Counted from the stretch's first letter, positions 38,788-50,379 are shown. The stretch: DNA of 64,000 nucleotides from an uncultured Pseudomonadota bacterium (GCA_963836235.1 CAWIIP010000004.1:889725-953724); one strand, 5' to 3'. Notes: generated from the letters alone by a model not told the origin. Made by a program: numbers and translations.

Positions 38788-40845
38788 ATGAATATTGCCC
38801 AAAGACTATCCTCGGTTTTTCGAGAGGCCAACCTTGAGAACCGTCCCCAACAAAACGAGATGGCTCAGGCGATCGCTCAAACCCTCGAAAAGGGCGGTTT
38901 TTTAATGGTGGAGGCTGGTACGGGCGTGGGAAAAAGTTTTGCTTACCTAATCCCGGCGGTTGAATACGCCCTCAAAAACGGCGGGCCCGTGGTGGTCTCC
39001 ACCCACACCCTTACACTCCAAGAACAGCTTTACCAGAAAGACCTGCCCATCGTTCTCGAAGCTTTAGAAAAGGAAGGCGCGGGCTTGGCTTCGGCCGTTT
39101 TGCTAAAGGGGCGGGGGAATTACCTCTCGAAGCGCCGATTAGCATTGGCTCTGGAAAATAACCCGCAAATGGATTTTGAAGGGAAAAACTCCCAACTCTT
39201 GAAAATCCAGGAATGGGTCTCCACTTCCGTGGAAGGGACTTTGTCATCTGCGGGATTCCCGATTCCATCTGAAGTTTGGGGCGAAATCAAAAGTGATCCC
39301 TTTCATTGCCTGGGGCCAAAATGCCAGACTTTTAAAACTTGTTTTTACCATTCGGTAAGGCAAAAGGGCCATGGCGCCCATATCATTTTGGTGAATCACG
39401 CGCTTCTTTTGGCGGACCTGTCCTTGAAAATGGAAGAGGAGCAAGGGGTTCTTCCACCATACGATGTCCTCATTGTGGATGAGGCCCATCACCTTTCTTC
39501 GTTGGCTGCCGAACACTTGGCAACCAGCTTTTCTTTGGCCGATTGCATGGGATTAGTAAGACGCCTGCTTTATTCGGATGATAAATCGGATAGGGGAAAG
39601 AAAGGGCTATTTACGCTCTTACCCATCTCGGGCGCGGGTGAGGCCGTTATGGAATTTAAGATCGCGGCGGAAGGCTTTTTCAACGAAATCGCCTTGTCCG
39701 CCCTGCCCGTTAACGCCGTGAATCGGTCCTATCTTTTGCCGGAGGCAACGCCCGCGGTTGAAAAACTGTCCCAGCCTCTTCAAAAAATCGAATTTCTTTT
39801 GGAGATGGCCGAAAAATCCGCGCCTTCGGAAGAACTGGCGATGGAAGCCAAAGGGACAAGGGAAGAGTGCCGGGCGCTCGTGAAGCGCTTATCTTATATT
39901 TTGGAACGAGGATGGGGAGACGAAGCTTGTTACGTGGTCGAACCCGATGGCGCCGCTTTGCGAAGAGGGGAAATTAAGGCCTCGATCATTAAAGCTATTC
40001 CGCTGGATGCCTCGGGTTTGTTAAGAGAACATCTGCTTTCTTCCGTTAAATCGGTGGTTTTCACCAGTGCCACGCTATCAGTAGGCAATGATTTCGGTTA
40101 TTTTAAACATTCTTTAGGCCTGGATGAATTTGAGGAACAGGAACGGGTCAAGACTTTGCTGGTCGGGTCGCCTTTTAACTATAAAAAACAAGTGACACTT
40201 TTTCTTCCCCGCTCCATGCCTCACCCCCGACGCGAAGAGGAGGGATATACCCGGGCGGTTGTTGACTACACCCGCGCTTCCTTGAAGCATTCCCGCGGCA
40301 AAGCCTTCGTTCTTTTCACGAGTTTTAAAATGTTGAGGCAAGTGTCGGAAGCGGTTCGTAAGGACATGGAGGATATGGGGATTACTTTATTAATCCAGGG
40401 AGAGGAGGGGTGGGATCGGACCCGGCTTCTTAAGGTGTTTCGAGAAGATATTCATTCGGTTCTATTTGGAGTGAACAGTTTTTGGGAAGGGGTTGATGTT
40501 CCCGGAGAAGCCCTATCAAATTTAATAATCACCAAGTTGCCTTTCCAAGTTCCCGAAGGTCCTTTGGTGGAAGCTCGCCATGCCCGCATGAAAGAACAGG
40601 GGTTGGAGCCTTTCCAGGTGGAAAGCTTGCCGGAAGCGGTTTTGCGGTTAAAACAGGGGTTTGGCCGGTTGATTCGTACCGCTACCGATGTTGGGACCGT
40701 GACCATCCTTGATCCTAGGGTAACCAGCGAAAGATGGGGAAGAGTTTTTTTGACCGCGCTACCTGAATGCGAGTTAGTTTATCTGTCCAAGCCCGGAATT
40801 CCGGAAAAAAAGGGAAATGTTAAATTACAATTGAAACAAAAGTGA
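38788..40845 (+). CDS. dinG: DinG/YoaA-family SF2 helicase
   Basis: EAGTGVGKS, KGRGNYL, DEAHH, TSAT, FWEGVDVPG and QGFGRLIR. Confidence 0.9.
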   Translation: MNIAQRLSSVFREANLENRPQQNEMAQAIAQTLEKGGFLMVEAGTGVGKSFAYLIPAVEYALKNGGPVVVSTHTLTLQEQLYQKDLPIVLEALEKEGAGLASAVLLKGRGNYLSKRRLALALENNPQMDFEGKNSQLLKIQEWVSTSVEGTLSSAGFPIPSEVWGEIKSDPFHCLGPKCQTFKTCFYHSVRQKGHGAHIILVNHALLLADLSLKMEEEQGVLPPYDVLIVDEAHHLSSLAAEHLATSFSLADCMGLVRRLLYSDDKSDRGKKGLFTLLPISGAGEAVMEFKIAAEGFFNEIALSALPVNAVNRSYLLPEATPAVEKLSQPLQKIEFLLEMAEKSAPSEELAMEAKGTREECRALVKRLSYILERGWGDEACYVVEPDGAALRRGEIKASIIKAIPLDASGLLREHLLSSVKSVVFTSATLSVGNDFGYFKHSLGLDEFEEQERVKTLLVGSPFNYKKQVTLFLPRSMPHPRREEEGYTRAVVDYTRASLKHSRGKAFVLFTSFKMLRQVSEAVRKDMEDMGITLLIQGEEGWDRTRLLKVFREDIHSVLFGVNSFWEGVDVPGEALSNLIITKLPFQVPEGPLVEARHARMKEQGLEPFQVESLPEAVLRLKQGFGRLIRTATDVGTVTILDPRVTSERWGRVFLTALPECELVYLSKPGIPEKKGNVKLQLKQK

Positions 40846-40891
40846 GTATTTGACGTATTTAAAAAAAACTGGTTTCGGCTAAGGAGGCTTT

Positions 40892-41422
40892 ATGGCGAAG
40901 GGATTTTTGTTTGGCGTTTTAATATCCATATTTACGGGCTTGGCTGGGGGGTATTTTTTTGTGACCAAGGGGTGGATGCCGGCCAACGCGGACGGTACTC
41001 CGCCAGCCCTGGAGAAATGGATGGCCAGGACATCCCTTAGAGCCACCCTCCAACGAGAAGCCCCCCAAACGCCCAACCCGGTGCCATTGACCGATGAGAA
41101 TTTGGCCGCGGGAATAAAACTTTACGCGGTTAATTGCGCCATTTGTCATGGAGCCGCCGACGGCAAGGCCTCCAATATTGCCGTAGGTCTTTACCAGCAT
41201 GCGCCCCAATTAGCGATGCATGGGGTGACGGATGATCCGGATGGAAAAATCTATTGGAAAATCAAGCACGGTATCCGGTTGACTGGAATGCCGGCCTTTA
41301 GCGAAACATTGAGCGAAAACCAAATCTGGCAACTGGTTTTGTTTCTCAAAAACATGGATTCCCTGACCCCGGGGGCCAGTAAGGTTTGGAATCAAGTTCC
41401 AAGCTCTGTATCGCCTCGATAA
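40892..41422 (+). CDS. Membrane-anchored monoheme cytochrome c
   Basis: CAICH heme motif and GIRLTGMPAF. Confidence 0.9.
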   Translation: MAKGFLFGVLISIFTGLAGGYFFVTKGWMPANADGTPPALEKWMARTSLRATLQREAPQTPNPVPLTDENLAAGIKLYAVNCAICHGAADGKASNIAVGLYQHAPQLAMHGVTDDPDGKIYWKIKHGIRLTGMPAFSETLSENQIWQLVLFLKNMDSLTPGASKVWNQVPSSVSPR

Positions 41423-41517
41423 GAGAAGGGTCCATTCCACGTTTGCTTCTTCGCGGGTGTCCCTTGGGGTTGAAATAACATGGTTCATTTCCCCTAAATT
41501 GATTGTAAAATGAGCCA

Positions 41518-42579
41518 ATGCCTCGTCCTAAAACTACTTCTCAAACACCTGTGAGCGACCCCGCCGAAGAACTTCGCGTCATGAATCCGAAAAAAACGGG
41601 GGAGGAAGAAGAACAAACCCTTCGTCCCCAATATTTGGCCGAATACGTGGGACAATCGGCGCTCAAGGAATCCCTTTCCATTACCTTGGCCGCGGCACAA
41701 AAGCGCAAAGAAGCTTTAGAACATTTGCTGCTTTCCGGTCCACCCGGTTTGGGAAAAACAACTTTGGCTTCCATTGTCGCCAGGGAAATGGGCGTTAACA
41801 TAAAAACGACTTCGGGTCCTGTCATTGAAAGGGCGGGGGACTTGGCCGCACTCTTGACGAACCTCCAACCTCACGATTTATTATTTATTGATGAAATCCA
41901 CCGATTGCCCCGCGTCGTTGAAGAGGTTTTGTACCCGGCCATGGAGGATTTCGAGTTGGATATCATGATCGGGAAAGGACCGACGGCCAGGGCCATCCGG
42001 CTGAATCTTCCCCCTTTTACCTTAATCGGCGCCACAACTCGATCGGGAAAGGTCAGCGCGCCTTTGCGGGACCGCTTTGGACTCTCTTTTCGGCTTGAGT
42101 TTTACACTCCGGAAGAATTAACCTTCATCGTGAAAAGGTCGGCTCAAGTCTTGAAAATCGAAATTTCGGACGATGGCGCGGTGGAAATCGCCAAAAGATC
42201 CCGCGGGACGCCAAGGCTGGCGAATCGTTTGCTGAAGCGTGTCCGGGATTTCGCCGAAGTGAAGCGCAAGGGACGGATTGACCAGGAAGTGGCGGATTCG
42301 GCGCTAAAACTTTTGGAAGTGGATGGATTGGGGCTGGATCGGATGGACCGGCGTATCCTTGCCTGTATCATCGAAAAATTTTCAGGCGGGCCCGTGGGGA
42401 TTGAAACGCTTGCCATGGCGGTGGGGGAAGAGGCCGATACGGTGGAAGATGTTCATGAGTCCTATCTCGTGCAAATCGGTTTTTTACACCGGACTTCCAG
42501 CGGGCGGAAGGCCACGGTATTGGCTTATCGGCACTTAGGCATTACGGCGCCTTCTACGGCACAAGGAAGCCTCTTGTGA
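41518..42579 (+). CDS. ruvB: Holliday junction branch migration helicase RuvB
   Basis: [31 protein letters not shown] and [12 protein letters not shown]. Confidence 0.98.
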   Translation: MPRPKTTSQTPVSDPAEELRVMNPKKTGEEEEQTLRPQYLAEYVGQSALKESLSITLAAAQKRKEALEHLLLSGPPGLGKTTLASIVAREMGVNIKTTSGPVIERAGDLAALLTNLQPHDLLFIDEIHRLPRVVEEVLYPAMEDFELDIMIGKGPTARAIRLNLPPFTLIGATTRSGKVSAPLRDRFGLSFRLEFYTPEELTFIVKRSAQVLKIEISDDGAVEIAKRSRGTPRLANRLLKRVRDFAEVKRKGRIDQEVADSALKLLEVDGLGLDRMDRRILACIIEKFSGGPVGIETLAMAVGEEADTVEDVHESYLVQIGFLHRTSSGRKATVLAYRHLGITAPSTAQGSLL

Positions 42580-43844
42580 GCAATCATAAACCAGGGCTCA
42601 AAAGCGCCGAGGTCCTTCTTTATTCGCTTATCACCCTCTTGGGTGTGGTCATAGGCCTGGTTTTTCCCCTTTTGCAAAATTTAAAATCAACGAGCGTCTT
42701 CTGGTTTTACGTCATTTGTGTTTTATCCGGTGTTTTCGCGGCGGGGCTCATCCTTTGGGTGGTTCAGAAAATCGTCCTGAGTCCCTTGGATGAGTTTTTG
42801 GATGCCATGGAAAAGGCTTCCCAGGGCGATTTGAACGTGGCGATAGAGGGGAAATACATCGGGGATTTTCAAGCGCTGGCCCAACATTTCAACCTCATGC
42901 TTCGGTCCATTCGCTCTTCGGTTGAACAATTGACAAAAAGCTCCGAGGAAACACTTCATTTGGCCGAACAATTGACTCAAACGATACAGCAAATGCACGG
43001 CGCCACCGAAGAGGTGTCCTCCACCATTCAAAACATCTCAAAAGGCGCGGAGGAACAAGCGGTCAAGGTTCAGGAAGCCTTCAACATCATCGACAAGATG
43101 GCCGGGAACATTCAAACTTCGGCGGAGCTTTTAAGCAATTCGGAAAAAGTGGTTTCGCGTTCGAAAAACGCATCGGCGGCGGGAAGCCATGCCGTTCAAA
43201 GAACCACCATCCAGATGAACGCTATCCATGAAGTTGTCCAAAATTCAGCCCGGGAAGTGACGGAGTTGGGTAACCGGTCCAAGGCTATCGGGAAAGTTGT
43301 GGAAGTGATCACCCATATCTCCGACCAGACCAATTTGTTGGCCTTGAATGCCGCCATCGAGGCGGCGAGAGCCGGGGAATATGGCCGGGGATTCGCGGTT
43401 GTGGCGGAAGAGGTGAAGAAGCTCGCCGACGGCTCGGCTGAGGCGGCCAACCAAATCGGCGTCATGATTAGGGAGATCCAAAAAGAGATTTCGACCGTGG
43501 TCAGCACCATGGGCGCGGGCGCCGAAAAAGTGACGGAGGGTTTGGGAGTAGTGGCGCAGGGCGGTGAAGCCCTCAAGGAAATTCAGTCCGCTTCGGATGA
43601 AGTGGCGTTGCAGGTGCAGGAAATCTCCAAGTCATTCGAGAGTCAGGCCGACCAAGCCGGAAAAGTAGTTGAGGCGATCACCAATATCGTGGCCGTTTCG
43701 GAGGAGAACGCCTCCGCCACAGAGGAAATCTCCGCGTCCACCGAAGAATTGACGGCTTCCATGGAATCCATGGTCGCGGCGGCCCGACAATTGGAGGGGG
43801 TGGCCCAGCGTCTAAGGGAAGCCGCGGCCAATTTTAAAGGGTGA
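42576..43844 (+). CDS. Methyl-accepting chemotaxis protein (2 TM, minimal sensor loop, HAMP)
   Basis: [34 protein letters not shown]. Confidence 0.95.
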   Translation: MSNHKPGLKSAEVLLYSLITLLGVVIGLVFPLLQNLKSTSVFWFYVICVLSGVFAAGLILWVVQKIVLSPLDEFLDAMEKASQGDLNVAIEGKYIGDFQALAQHFNLMLRSIRSSVEQLTKSSEETLHLAEQLTQTIQQMHGATEEVSSTIQNISKGAEEQAVKVQEAFNIIDKMAGNIQTSAELLSNSEKVVSRSKNASAAGSHAVQRTTIQMNAIHEVVQNSAREVTELGNRSKAIGKVVEVITHISDQTNLLALNAAIEAARAGEYGRGFAVVAEEVKKLADGSAEAANQIGVMIREIQKEISTVVSTMGAGAEKVTEGLGVVAQGGEALKEIQSASDEVALQVQEISKSFESQADQAGKVVEAITNIVAVSEENASATEEISASTEELTASMESMVAAARQLEGVAQRLREAAANFKG

Positions 43845-44078
43845 AAAGACGGCCATTAGCCGTTCGTGATCGTTCATGGATTGAAAACAAAGAAACGCGA
43901 TGAGGTTTTGTGGTATAGTTTCCGCTGCTTTTGAGAGAAGGCCGTTTTTTAAAAAGAAATGAATAAAAAATCCTCTTGAAATTATTTGCCGGATTTATAT
44001 ATATTTTCACCCGGTGTGAAGCCTGCGACAGACAATTCGTTTTAAAAATTGATTACAAAAAATTAAAAGGCTTTTCTC

Positions 44079-45023
44079 GTGATTGAAGTAAAAGATCTTG
44101 TGAAAACCTATGGTTCGCTCGCCGCGGTGGATCGAGTCACTTTCACGGTTCCAGAGGGAACCATTTTGGGCCTTTTGGGCCCCAATGGCGCCGGCAAAAC
44201 GACAACCATGCGGATTTTGACGACCTCTCTCGCCCCCAGTGCCGGTAAGGCCACGGTGGCCGGTTTTGACGTGGTGGAGCAGCCCCAAGAAGTTCGAAAG
44301 AAAATTGGTTATCTTCCTGAAATTCCGCCTATTTATGGCGATATGTCGGTCATCAATTACTTGCGTTTCGTGGCGGAGATCAAAGAAGTGCCCCAAGACA
44401 AAAAGGCAAACCGGGTGGGAGAGGTCTTGGAAATGCTCTCCTTGGAGGATATGGGCCGCCGTTTGATCGGCCATCTTTCCTTGGGATATCGGCAAAGGGT
44501 GGGATTGGCCCAGGCGCTTATACACGATCCGGAAGTCTTGATTCTCGACGAGCCGACCCGGGGGCTTGATCCAAAACAGATTCTTGAAATTCGCAAGTTG
44601 ATCAAATCCCTCAGCGGGAAAAAGACCATTATTCTTTCCACCCATATTTTGCCGGAGGTCGCCTCAACCTGTGACGATGTGGTCATTATCGACCGGGGCA
44701 GGGTAGTGGCGGCGGATACGGTCGAAAACCTTTCGCAAAGAATTTCGGGCGGCAAATCCTTGGAGCTTGAGGTGAAAGGCCCGGCCGCGGACGTTGAAAA
44801 GGCCTTGCAAAAAACGGAGGGGGTATCCGCCGTTCGGTCCGTCGCGAAGGAAAATCGCGGGCTTTGCAAGTTTGAGGTCACGACCGATGGAAGCAATGAC
44901 TCACGGGAAGCCCTCTTTCAATGTATCGTGCGAAACAAATGGGTGCTTTACCAATTAACCCCGCTGGGAATGAGTTTAGAAGACGTCTTCTTGAAACTCA
45001 CCACAAAGGACGCAACCTCATGA
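44079..45023 (+). CDS. ABC transporter ATP-binding protein (GldA-like)
   Basis: GPNGAGKTT, LSLGYRQR, LDEPT, STH and SLEDVFL. Confidence 0.92.
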   Translation: MIEVKDLVKTYGSLAAVDRVTFTVPEGTILGLLGPNGAGKTTTMRILTTSLAPSAGKATVAGFDVVEQPQEVRKKIGYLPEIPPIYGDMSVINYLRFVAEIKEVPQDKKANRVGEVLEMLSLEDMGRRLIGHLSLGYRQRVGLAQALIHDPEVLILDEPTRGLDPKQILEIRKLIKSLSGKKTIILSTHILPEVASTCDDVVIIDRGRVVAADTVENLSQRISGGKSLELEVKGPAADVEKALQKTEGVSAVRSVAKENRGLCKFEVTTDGSNDSREALFQCIVRNKWVLYQLTPLGMSLEDVFLKLTTKDATS

Positions 45024-45733
45024 ACTCTCGAAAACTTTTCGCCCTCGTACGGAAGGAATTGACCCACTATTTTTCATCTTTCATGGGATACGTCGTTTTG
45101 TTCGCCTTTTTTGCCATTGGAGGCTTCTTTTACTATTTGATTATGGTCCAAACCCGGCAGGCCAGCATGAAACCGATTTTTCAAAATCTGAACGTTATTC
45201 TGCTTTTTGTGACGCCCGCCATTACGATGCGGCTTTGGTCGGAAGAAGAAAAAAGCGGCACGGCGGAGCTTTTAAAAACATCCCCCTTAACCATTTGGGA
45301 AATCGTCATCGGGAAATACCTGGGAGTTTGCTGCTTTTTCTTGGTGACCCTGATCCCCACCTTTATTTATCTGGGCCTTATCATGGCGACCGGAAACCCG
45401 GACCTGCAGCCGCTTTTGGCGAACTACATGGGCTATACCCTGGCGGCCATGTCGTTTTTTTCCCTGGGGCTCTTGGCGTCCACATTGAGTGAAAATCAAA
45501 TCATTTCGGCGGTTATCGCTTTTGTGATGTTACTGCTGCTTTGGGTCATTGGCGCGGCCGGGGCCAATGTACAGGGGCCCTTTGGGGATTTCCTGAAATA
45601 CCTATCGATCTTTGAGCATACGGATGATTTTTTCGCGGGCATTATTGATTTGAGCCATGTGGTTTATTTCGCGAGCCTGATTTTCCTCGGTTTGTTCTTT
45701 TCCGTCAAAGTTTTGGAAAGCAAGAGAAGCTAA
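45020..45733 (+). CDS. ABC-2 permease (GldF-like); start ATG 45020 coupled to the previous stop
   Basis: RKELTHYF.S and PAITMRLWSEEEKSGTAELL.TSPL...EIVIGKY. Confidence 0.9.
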   Translation: MNSRKLFALVRKELTHYFSSFMGYVVLFAFFAIGGFFYYLIMVQTRQASMKPIFQNLNVILLFVTPAITMRLWSEEEKSGTAELLKTSPLTIWEIVIGKYLGVCCFFLVTLIPTFIYLGLIMATGNPDLQPLLANYMGYTLAAMSFFSLGLLASTLSENQIISAVIAFVMLLLLWVIGAAGANVQGPFGDFLKYLSIFEHTDDFFAGIIDLSHVVYFASLIFLGLFFSVKVLESKRS

Positions 45734-45734
45734 T

Positions 45735-47342
45735 ATGGGCTACAACTCATTTTTAATCCAATTGCGGTCCTACAACACGGTTCTTTTGTCCGTGGGATTG
45801 GCCTTGGTTTTTGGCGGGCTACTCGCCGTCCTTATTCTTGACGCGGCCAATTGGTGGAATATTACCCTAATGGTGCTGGGCTTGCTGGTGTTGGCTTCTT
45901 TTCTAGCGGCCAACATGGCCGAAGTCAAAGCGGTGGGGAAAAAGCGGTCGACGGCGGTTCGGGCCAATTTATCATTAGTGGCCGTGGCGATGGTGGGAAT
46001 CGTCATTGGAATAAATTACATCGTGTCCCGCCACCCGTTCCGCATCGACATGACCTCCAATAAAATTTACACCCTTTCCGACCAGACGCTTGGGGCTTTG
46101 AAAAAACTTACCCAGGACGTGGACGTCACCATGTTTACCTCGGCGAAGCGTTCTTCCGCCGAGATTCAAAAGGCCCAGCAACTTCTTCAGGAATATTCCA
46201 AGAATTCGACCAAGTTCCATTTCAAAATTGTGGATGGGGACAGGAATCCGGCCGAGGCCAGGCAGTTGAAAGTCACCGAGGCGAATACGGTGGTTTTCAT
46301 GTCGGGTGACAACCGAAAAGACGTTTTGCAGCGGGATTATGTGACTTACGCCCTTCAAGGCCGCCAACCCATTCCAAAGTTCCAAGGCGAATCCAGTTTC
46401 ACGTCCGCCTTGATGCAGATGACCGACTCAACTCATTTAACCTTTTATTTCACCGAAGGGCACGGGGAGAAAGACTTCACGAGTCCCCAACCGGACGGTT
46501 TCAACGGTTTTAAGGACCTCTTAGAAAAGCAAAACTACACCTTTAAGACTCAAAATCTCCTTACCACTGGAAAAATTCCGGATGACGCGTCGGTTTTATG
46601 CGTCATGGGGCCGGACAAGCCTTTCCAGCCCTCCGAAGTCGACTTGATTAAAGCTTATCTTCTCAAAGGAGGCAAGTTGGTGGCCTGCGTGGACCCGATG
46701 GTCAAATCGGGACTCGATTCCTTGCTGAAGGATTATGGAATCAAGCTGGGAAATGACATGGTCGTGGATCCCACCATGAGTATTCCGCCCGATCCCCGCA
46801 ATGTCGTTCCCCAATACCAATATCATGCCATCGTCGAAAAGTTGTCCAGCAGCCACGTCTTGACCATCATGCCTTTTATGAGAAGCGTTCAGAAGATAGA
46901 TCCCGGTATAAAAGGGGTGACGGCGACGGTTTTCATGCAAACGACAGCCAATGGATGGGGCTTGACTGATTTTAAAGCCAAAAGCTTGAAGTATCACGCG
47001 GGCATCGATACGAAGGGGCCGGTTCCCTTGGCCATCGCGTCGGAGCTGGCGCTTCCGGATAGTCCGGATAAAAAAACCAGGGTTGTCGTTTATGGGGGGG
47101 CTAACTTTTTGTCCAACCAGTTTTTACAGGCGCCCGGCAACGGGGATGTGGGGCTCAATACCTTTAGCTGGGTTGCTGAGCAGGAAAATAAGATTTCCAT
47201 TCACCCTAAAGAAGACGATAACCGAGTGGTCAACCTGACCACCGTCAGCGCGGCGGTCATGCTTTACGTCGCTGTTTTCATCATTCCACTGGGAACCCTT
47301 CTGATCGGTGGAATTGTCTGGTACCGACGCCGTTCCTTATGA
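45735..47342 (+). CDS. GldG-family ABC auxiliary component
   Basis: RIDMTSNKIYTLSDQT, YFTEGHGE, GP.KPF and a C-terminal TM followed by RRR. Confidence 0.88.
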   Translation: MGYNSFLIQLRSYNTVLLSVGLALVFGGLLAVLILDAANWWNITLMVLGLLVLASFLAANMAEVKAVGKKRSTAVRANLSLVAVAMVGIVIGINYIVSRHPFRIDMTSNKIYTLSDQTLGALKKLTQDVDVTMFTSAKRSSAEIQKAQQLLQEYSKNSTKFHFKIVDGDRNPAEARQLKVTEANTVVFMSGDNRKDVLQRDYVTYALQGRQPIPKFQGESSFTSALMQMTDSTHLTFYFTEGHGEKDFTSPQPDGFNGFKDLLEKQNYTFKTQNLLTTGKIPDDASVLCVMGPDKPFQPSEVDLIKAYLLKGGKLVACVDPMVKSGLDSLLKDYGIKLGNDMVVDPTMSIPPDPRNVVPQYQYHAIVEKLSSSHVLTIMPFMRSVQKIDPGIKGVTATVFMQTTANGWGLTDFKAKSLKYHAGIDTKGPVPLAIASELALPDSPDKKTRVVVYGGANFLSNQFLQAPGNGDVGLNTFSWVAEQENKISIHPKEDDNRVVNLTTVSAAVMLYVAVFIIPLGTLLIGGIVWYRRRSL

Positions 47343-48718
47343 AAAACTTGAAGAGCACCGTTCTTTACCTGGCAATCGCGGCCCTTTTGGGCGGTTATAT
47401 TTATTTTTTCGAGAGAGGCCCGGTAAAACCCAAGGAAGAGGAAAAAAAAGACAAGGTATTCGATAATTTCGTCGCGGACGATATCCGGGACATCACGATT
47501 GAGAATTTAGGAACCACCTTAACCGCCAAAAAAACGCTCATCGAGTTGAAAAAAGACGATAAAGATCTCTGGCAGATCATTTCCCCCCAGGCCTTCAAGG
47601 CCGATGAGGGCACCGTCCGCACCATGCTTTCGGGCGTCGGAGACTTCAATCCTGACGCCACCATTGATAATCCCACTAATTTAAAAGACTACGGCTTGGA
47701 CTCACCCTTAGCCCGCTGTACCTTAAAATCGAAAAACGGCGCTTCCTATGTTTTGTTGATTGGCGCTAAAAACATGTCGAATTCCTCCACCTACATCAAG
47801 CGGGGCGACAAGAACACCGTTTATTTAGTGGCATCTTTCGCGGCAGAAAATTTAACCAAAGACCTCAATAACTACCGGGATAAGACTTTCTTTAAGACCG
47901 ACACGGTTTTAGCCCAAAAAGTAAAAATCACCCGGGATGGAAAAGTATTTTCCTTCGAAAAAGACAAGGATAACAACTGGAACATCACCGAACCCATCCA
48001 AGTCCTGGCGGATACGTCTAAAATCAGGGACTTGTTGAACAATATCAGTTCTTTGAATATCCAGGACTTTGAAAATGACCATCCTTCGAGCCTTGCGAAA
48101 TATGGTTTATCCAAACCCCGCATCCAAATTGAGGTGTGGTCCAGCGACAGTAAAACACCCCGAAGCATTCTCATCGGCCACAAGAAGGGAAAGACGACGA
48201 ACTTGTTCGCCGCCTATAGCGAATCTTCCTCCGTCTACCTTGTCGGGGAATACATCGACAAAACCTTGAACTTGAACCTGGCGGATTTCCGGGATAAAAA
48301 GACCATGCAATTCGATGGGGGGGCGGTTAAATCCCTAACGGTTCACCATGGGGACAAAGCCTATGTTTACCAGAAGGACGCCAAGGGACAATGGAGCTCG
48401 CCCGGACGCACGGACGCCAACGCGGAGGGAACAGCCTTGGTGAACCAGTTATCCGGCATCACGATCACCGATTTCCCGGATAAGGAAGCCGCGACGGGAT
48501 TGACGCAGCCGGCCTTTGTCGTGGAGGTGGCTTTAACCGATGGAACAAACCGCAGCTTCCGTTTTGGAACCCGCGACAAAGGGAAGGTTTATTTGGCCTC
48601 GGACAAGTCCAAGGATGTTTACTTGGTCGGGGACGGGATCATTTCCCTGATGGAAGTTTATTACAATACGGTTCTCACTCCCGTGCCGGCCGCGATGGTT
48701 CCCGCCGCCTCGAAATAG
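47339..48718 (+). CDS. DUF4340 domain protein
   Basis: Three repeats with YGL..P, LLIG and RDK motifs. Follows the GldG-like gene. Confidence 0.85.
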   Translation: MKNLKSTVLYLAIAALLGGYIYFFERGPVKPKEEEKKDKVFDNFVADDIRDITIENLGTTLTAKKTLIELKKDDKDLWQIISPQAFKADEGTVRTMLSGVGDFNPDATIDNPTNLKDYGLDSPLARCTLKSKNGASYVLLIGAKNMSNSSTYIKRGDKNTVYLVASFAAENLTKDLNNYRDKTFFKTDTVLAQKVKITRDGKVFSFEKDKDNNWNITEPIQVLADTSKIRDLLNNISSLNIQDFENDHPSSLAKYGLSKPRIQIEVWSSDSKTPRSILIGHKKGKTTNLFAAYSESSSVYLVGEYIDKTLNLNLADFRDKKTMQFDGGAVKSLTVHHGDKAYVYQKDAKGQWSSPGRTDANAEGTALVNQLSGITITDFPDKEAATGLTQPAFVVEVALTDGTNRSFRFGTRDKGKVYLASDKSKDVYLVGDGIISLMEVYYNTVLTPVPAAMVPAASK

Positions 48719-48782
48719 GTTTTATCCCCCGGCCTTTTCCGAAGGCTGACAGGCTCCCATCACGGGTGTTATAGTGTGCCCC

Positions 48783-49553
48783 ATGCCCGATCCAAGTTCC
48801 GACCGTCCTAAATATCTAACCGAGCATTTGAGCGAATTGCGGCAAGGATTGATCAAGTCCTCCGTTTATATTGTCCTCGGAATGGCCCTGGCTTTTTGGA
48901 AATCGGAATGGCTTTTTGACGTTCTCCTCAAGCCCTTTCGCGATTCCCTGGCCCGTTTTCCCGAATTTAGCGCCCAAGTCCACACCCTTCAAACCCTCAC
49001 CCCGATCGAAGCCTTCATGATCAACATGAAGCTGGCCGCCATCGTGGGAATGGTTCTGGCCTCTCCCTTTATTCTTTGGCAAGTTTGGAGGTTTGTCGCT
49101 CCCGCCCTGAAGCCCCATGAACGCAGCGGGATTCTCATGGTTTTTTTATTAGGCTTGTTTTTCTTTTTGGGCGGCCTGGCCTTCGGGTATTTCATTATCG
49201 TCCCCATCGCCATGCGGTTCCTGATTCAATACAACCTGGACTACCATTTCATTCCCCAATGGACTTTACAGGGCTATTTCGGTTTTGTGATGAATTTTCT
49301 TCTTGTGTTCGGATGTGTTTTTGAATTGCCGCTTGTTTTAGCCGGGTTAGTCACCATCGGCATCGCGACACCCGCTTTTTTGTCCCAAAAACGAAAGCAC
49401 GCGATTGTGGGCATCTTCATTTTGGCTTTTTTCATCGCGCCCAGCGCGGATCCGGTCACGCAGACCATCGTGGCCCTGCCCTTGATTGTTTTGTACGAGT
49501 TTGGCATCCTTCTTTCACGGCTGGCCTTTAGCCGGAAAAACAGGACTTCTTGA
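48783..49553 (+). CDS. tatC: Twin-arginine translocase TatC (start likely ATG 48783)
   Basis: EHLSELR, WRFVAPALKPHE, FGCVFELP and DPVTQ...LYE. Confidence 0.95.
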   Translation: MPDPSSDRPKYLTEHLSELRQGLIKSSVYIVLGMALAFWKSEWLFDVLLKPFRDSLARFPEFSAQVHTLQTLTPIEAFMINMKLAAIVGMVLASPFILWQVWRFVAPALKPHERSGILMVFLLGLFFFLGGLAFGYFIIVPIAMRFLIQYNLDYHFIPQWTLQGYFGFVMNFLLVFGCVFELPLVLAGLVTIGIATPAFLSQKRKHAIVGIFILAFFIAPSADPVTQTIVALPLIVLYEFGILLSRLAFSRKNRTS

Positions 49554-49590
49554 CGATTGTTTATGTAATTCGGGGAAAAGCCCCGCTTGG

Positions 49591-49619
49591 TTGACATTTA
49601 AATAGTGAAAGTCGATAAT
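49591..49619 (+). promoter_or_regulatory. Sigma70 promoter of fsa
   Basis: TTGACA-N17-GATAAT. Confidence 0.7.
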
Positions 49620-49647
49620 TTTAAAAAGTGAAAGACGGAGGCGAAAA

Positions 49648-50307
49648 ATGAAGTTTTTCTTGGACACGGCTAACATCGATGAAATCAAGCAGGGGGTTGC
49701 CTGGGGCCTGGTGGATGGCGTAACTACTAATCCAACCCTGGTCGCCAAAGAAGGGGTGGATTTCCACACCCGAATCAAGGAAATCTGCGCCATGGTCAAC
49801 GGGTCGGTTTCGGCGGAAGTCACGGCCACCGATTACGACGGCATGATCCGGGAAGGGCATATTCTGGCGAAGCTCCATGACAACGTGACGGTAAAAGTCC
49901 CCTTGATACCCGAAGGCATCAAAGCCTGCCGCACCTTGAGCCAGGAGGGAATTAAGGTCAATGTGACCCTTTGCTTTTCCCCCTCCCAGGCCCTTTTGGC
50001 CGCCAAATCCGGTGCCACTTTCATCAGCCCTTTCGTGGGCCGGCTGGATGATATCTCCGAGGACGGCATGAAGTTAGTCGGCGACATTGTCCAAATCTAC
50101 AAGAATTATGGGTATACCACGCAAGTTTTGGCCGCTTCCTTGCGGCATCCCCAGCATGTGGTCCAATCGGCCCTGAAGGGGGCCCATGTGGGAACGATGC
50201 CTTTCGGCGTCTTGAAGATGCTTTTCAACCACCCTTTAACGGACATCGGCTTGAAGCGGTTCCTGGAAGATTGGGACAAGGTCAAAGACAAGGTCATGAA
50301 GAAATAA
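49648..50307 (+). CDS. fsa: Fructose-6-phosphate aldolase / small transaldolase
   Basis: [25 protein letters not shown] and SPFVGRLDD. Confidence 0.93.
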   Translation: MKFFLDTANIDEIKQGVAWGLVDGVTTNPTLVAKEGVDFHTRIKEICAMVNGSVSAEVTATDYDGMIREGHILAKLHDNVTVKVPLIPEGIKACRTLSQEGIKVNVTLCFSPSQALLAAKSGATFISPFVGRLDDISEDGMKLVGDIVQIYKNYGYTTQVLAASLRHPQHVVQSALKGAHVGTMPFGVLKMLFNHPLTDIGLKRFLEDWDKVKDKVMKK

Positions 50308-50328
50308 ATTCACCCATCACTTTTACGG

Positions 50329-50359
50329 AAAAAAGGGCGGCCATCAGCCGCCCTTTTTT
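50329..50359. terminator. Intrinsic (bidirectional-type) terminator
   Basis: AAAAAAGGGCGGC-CATCA-GCCGCCCTTTTTT. Confidence 0.88.
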
Positions 50360-50379
50360 ATTTCAGTTGGAAGGCGCGA

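Noticed and set aside
41447-41474. Degenerate right-arm-like sequence before ruvB
   Set aside because: Only about 15/19 identity and no left arm; could be chance.
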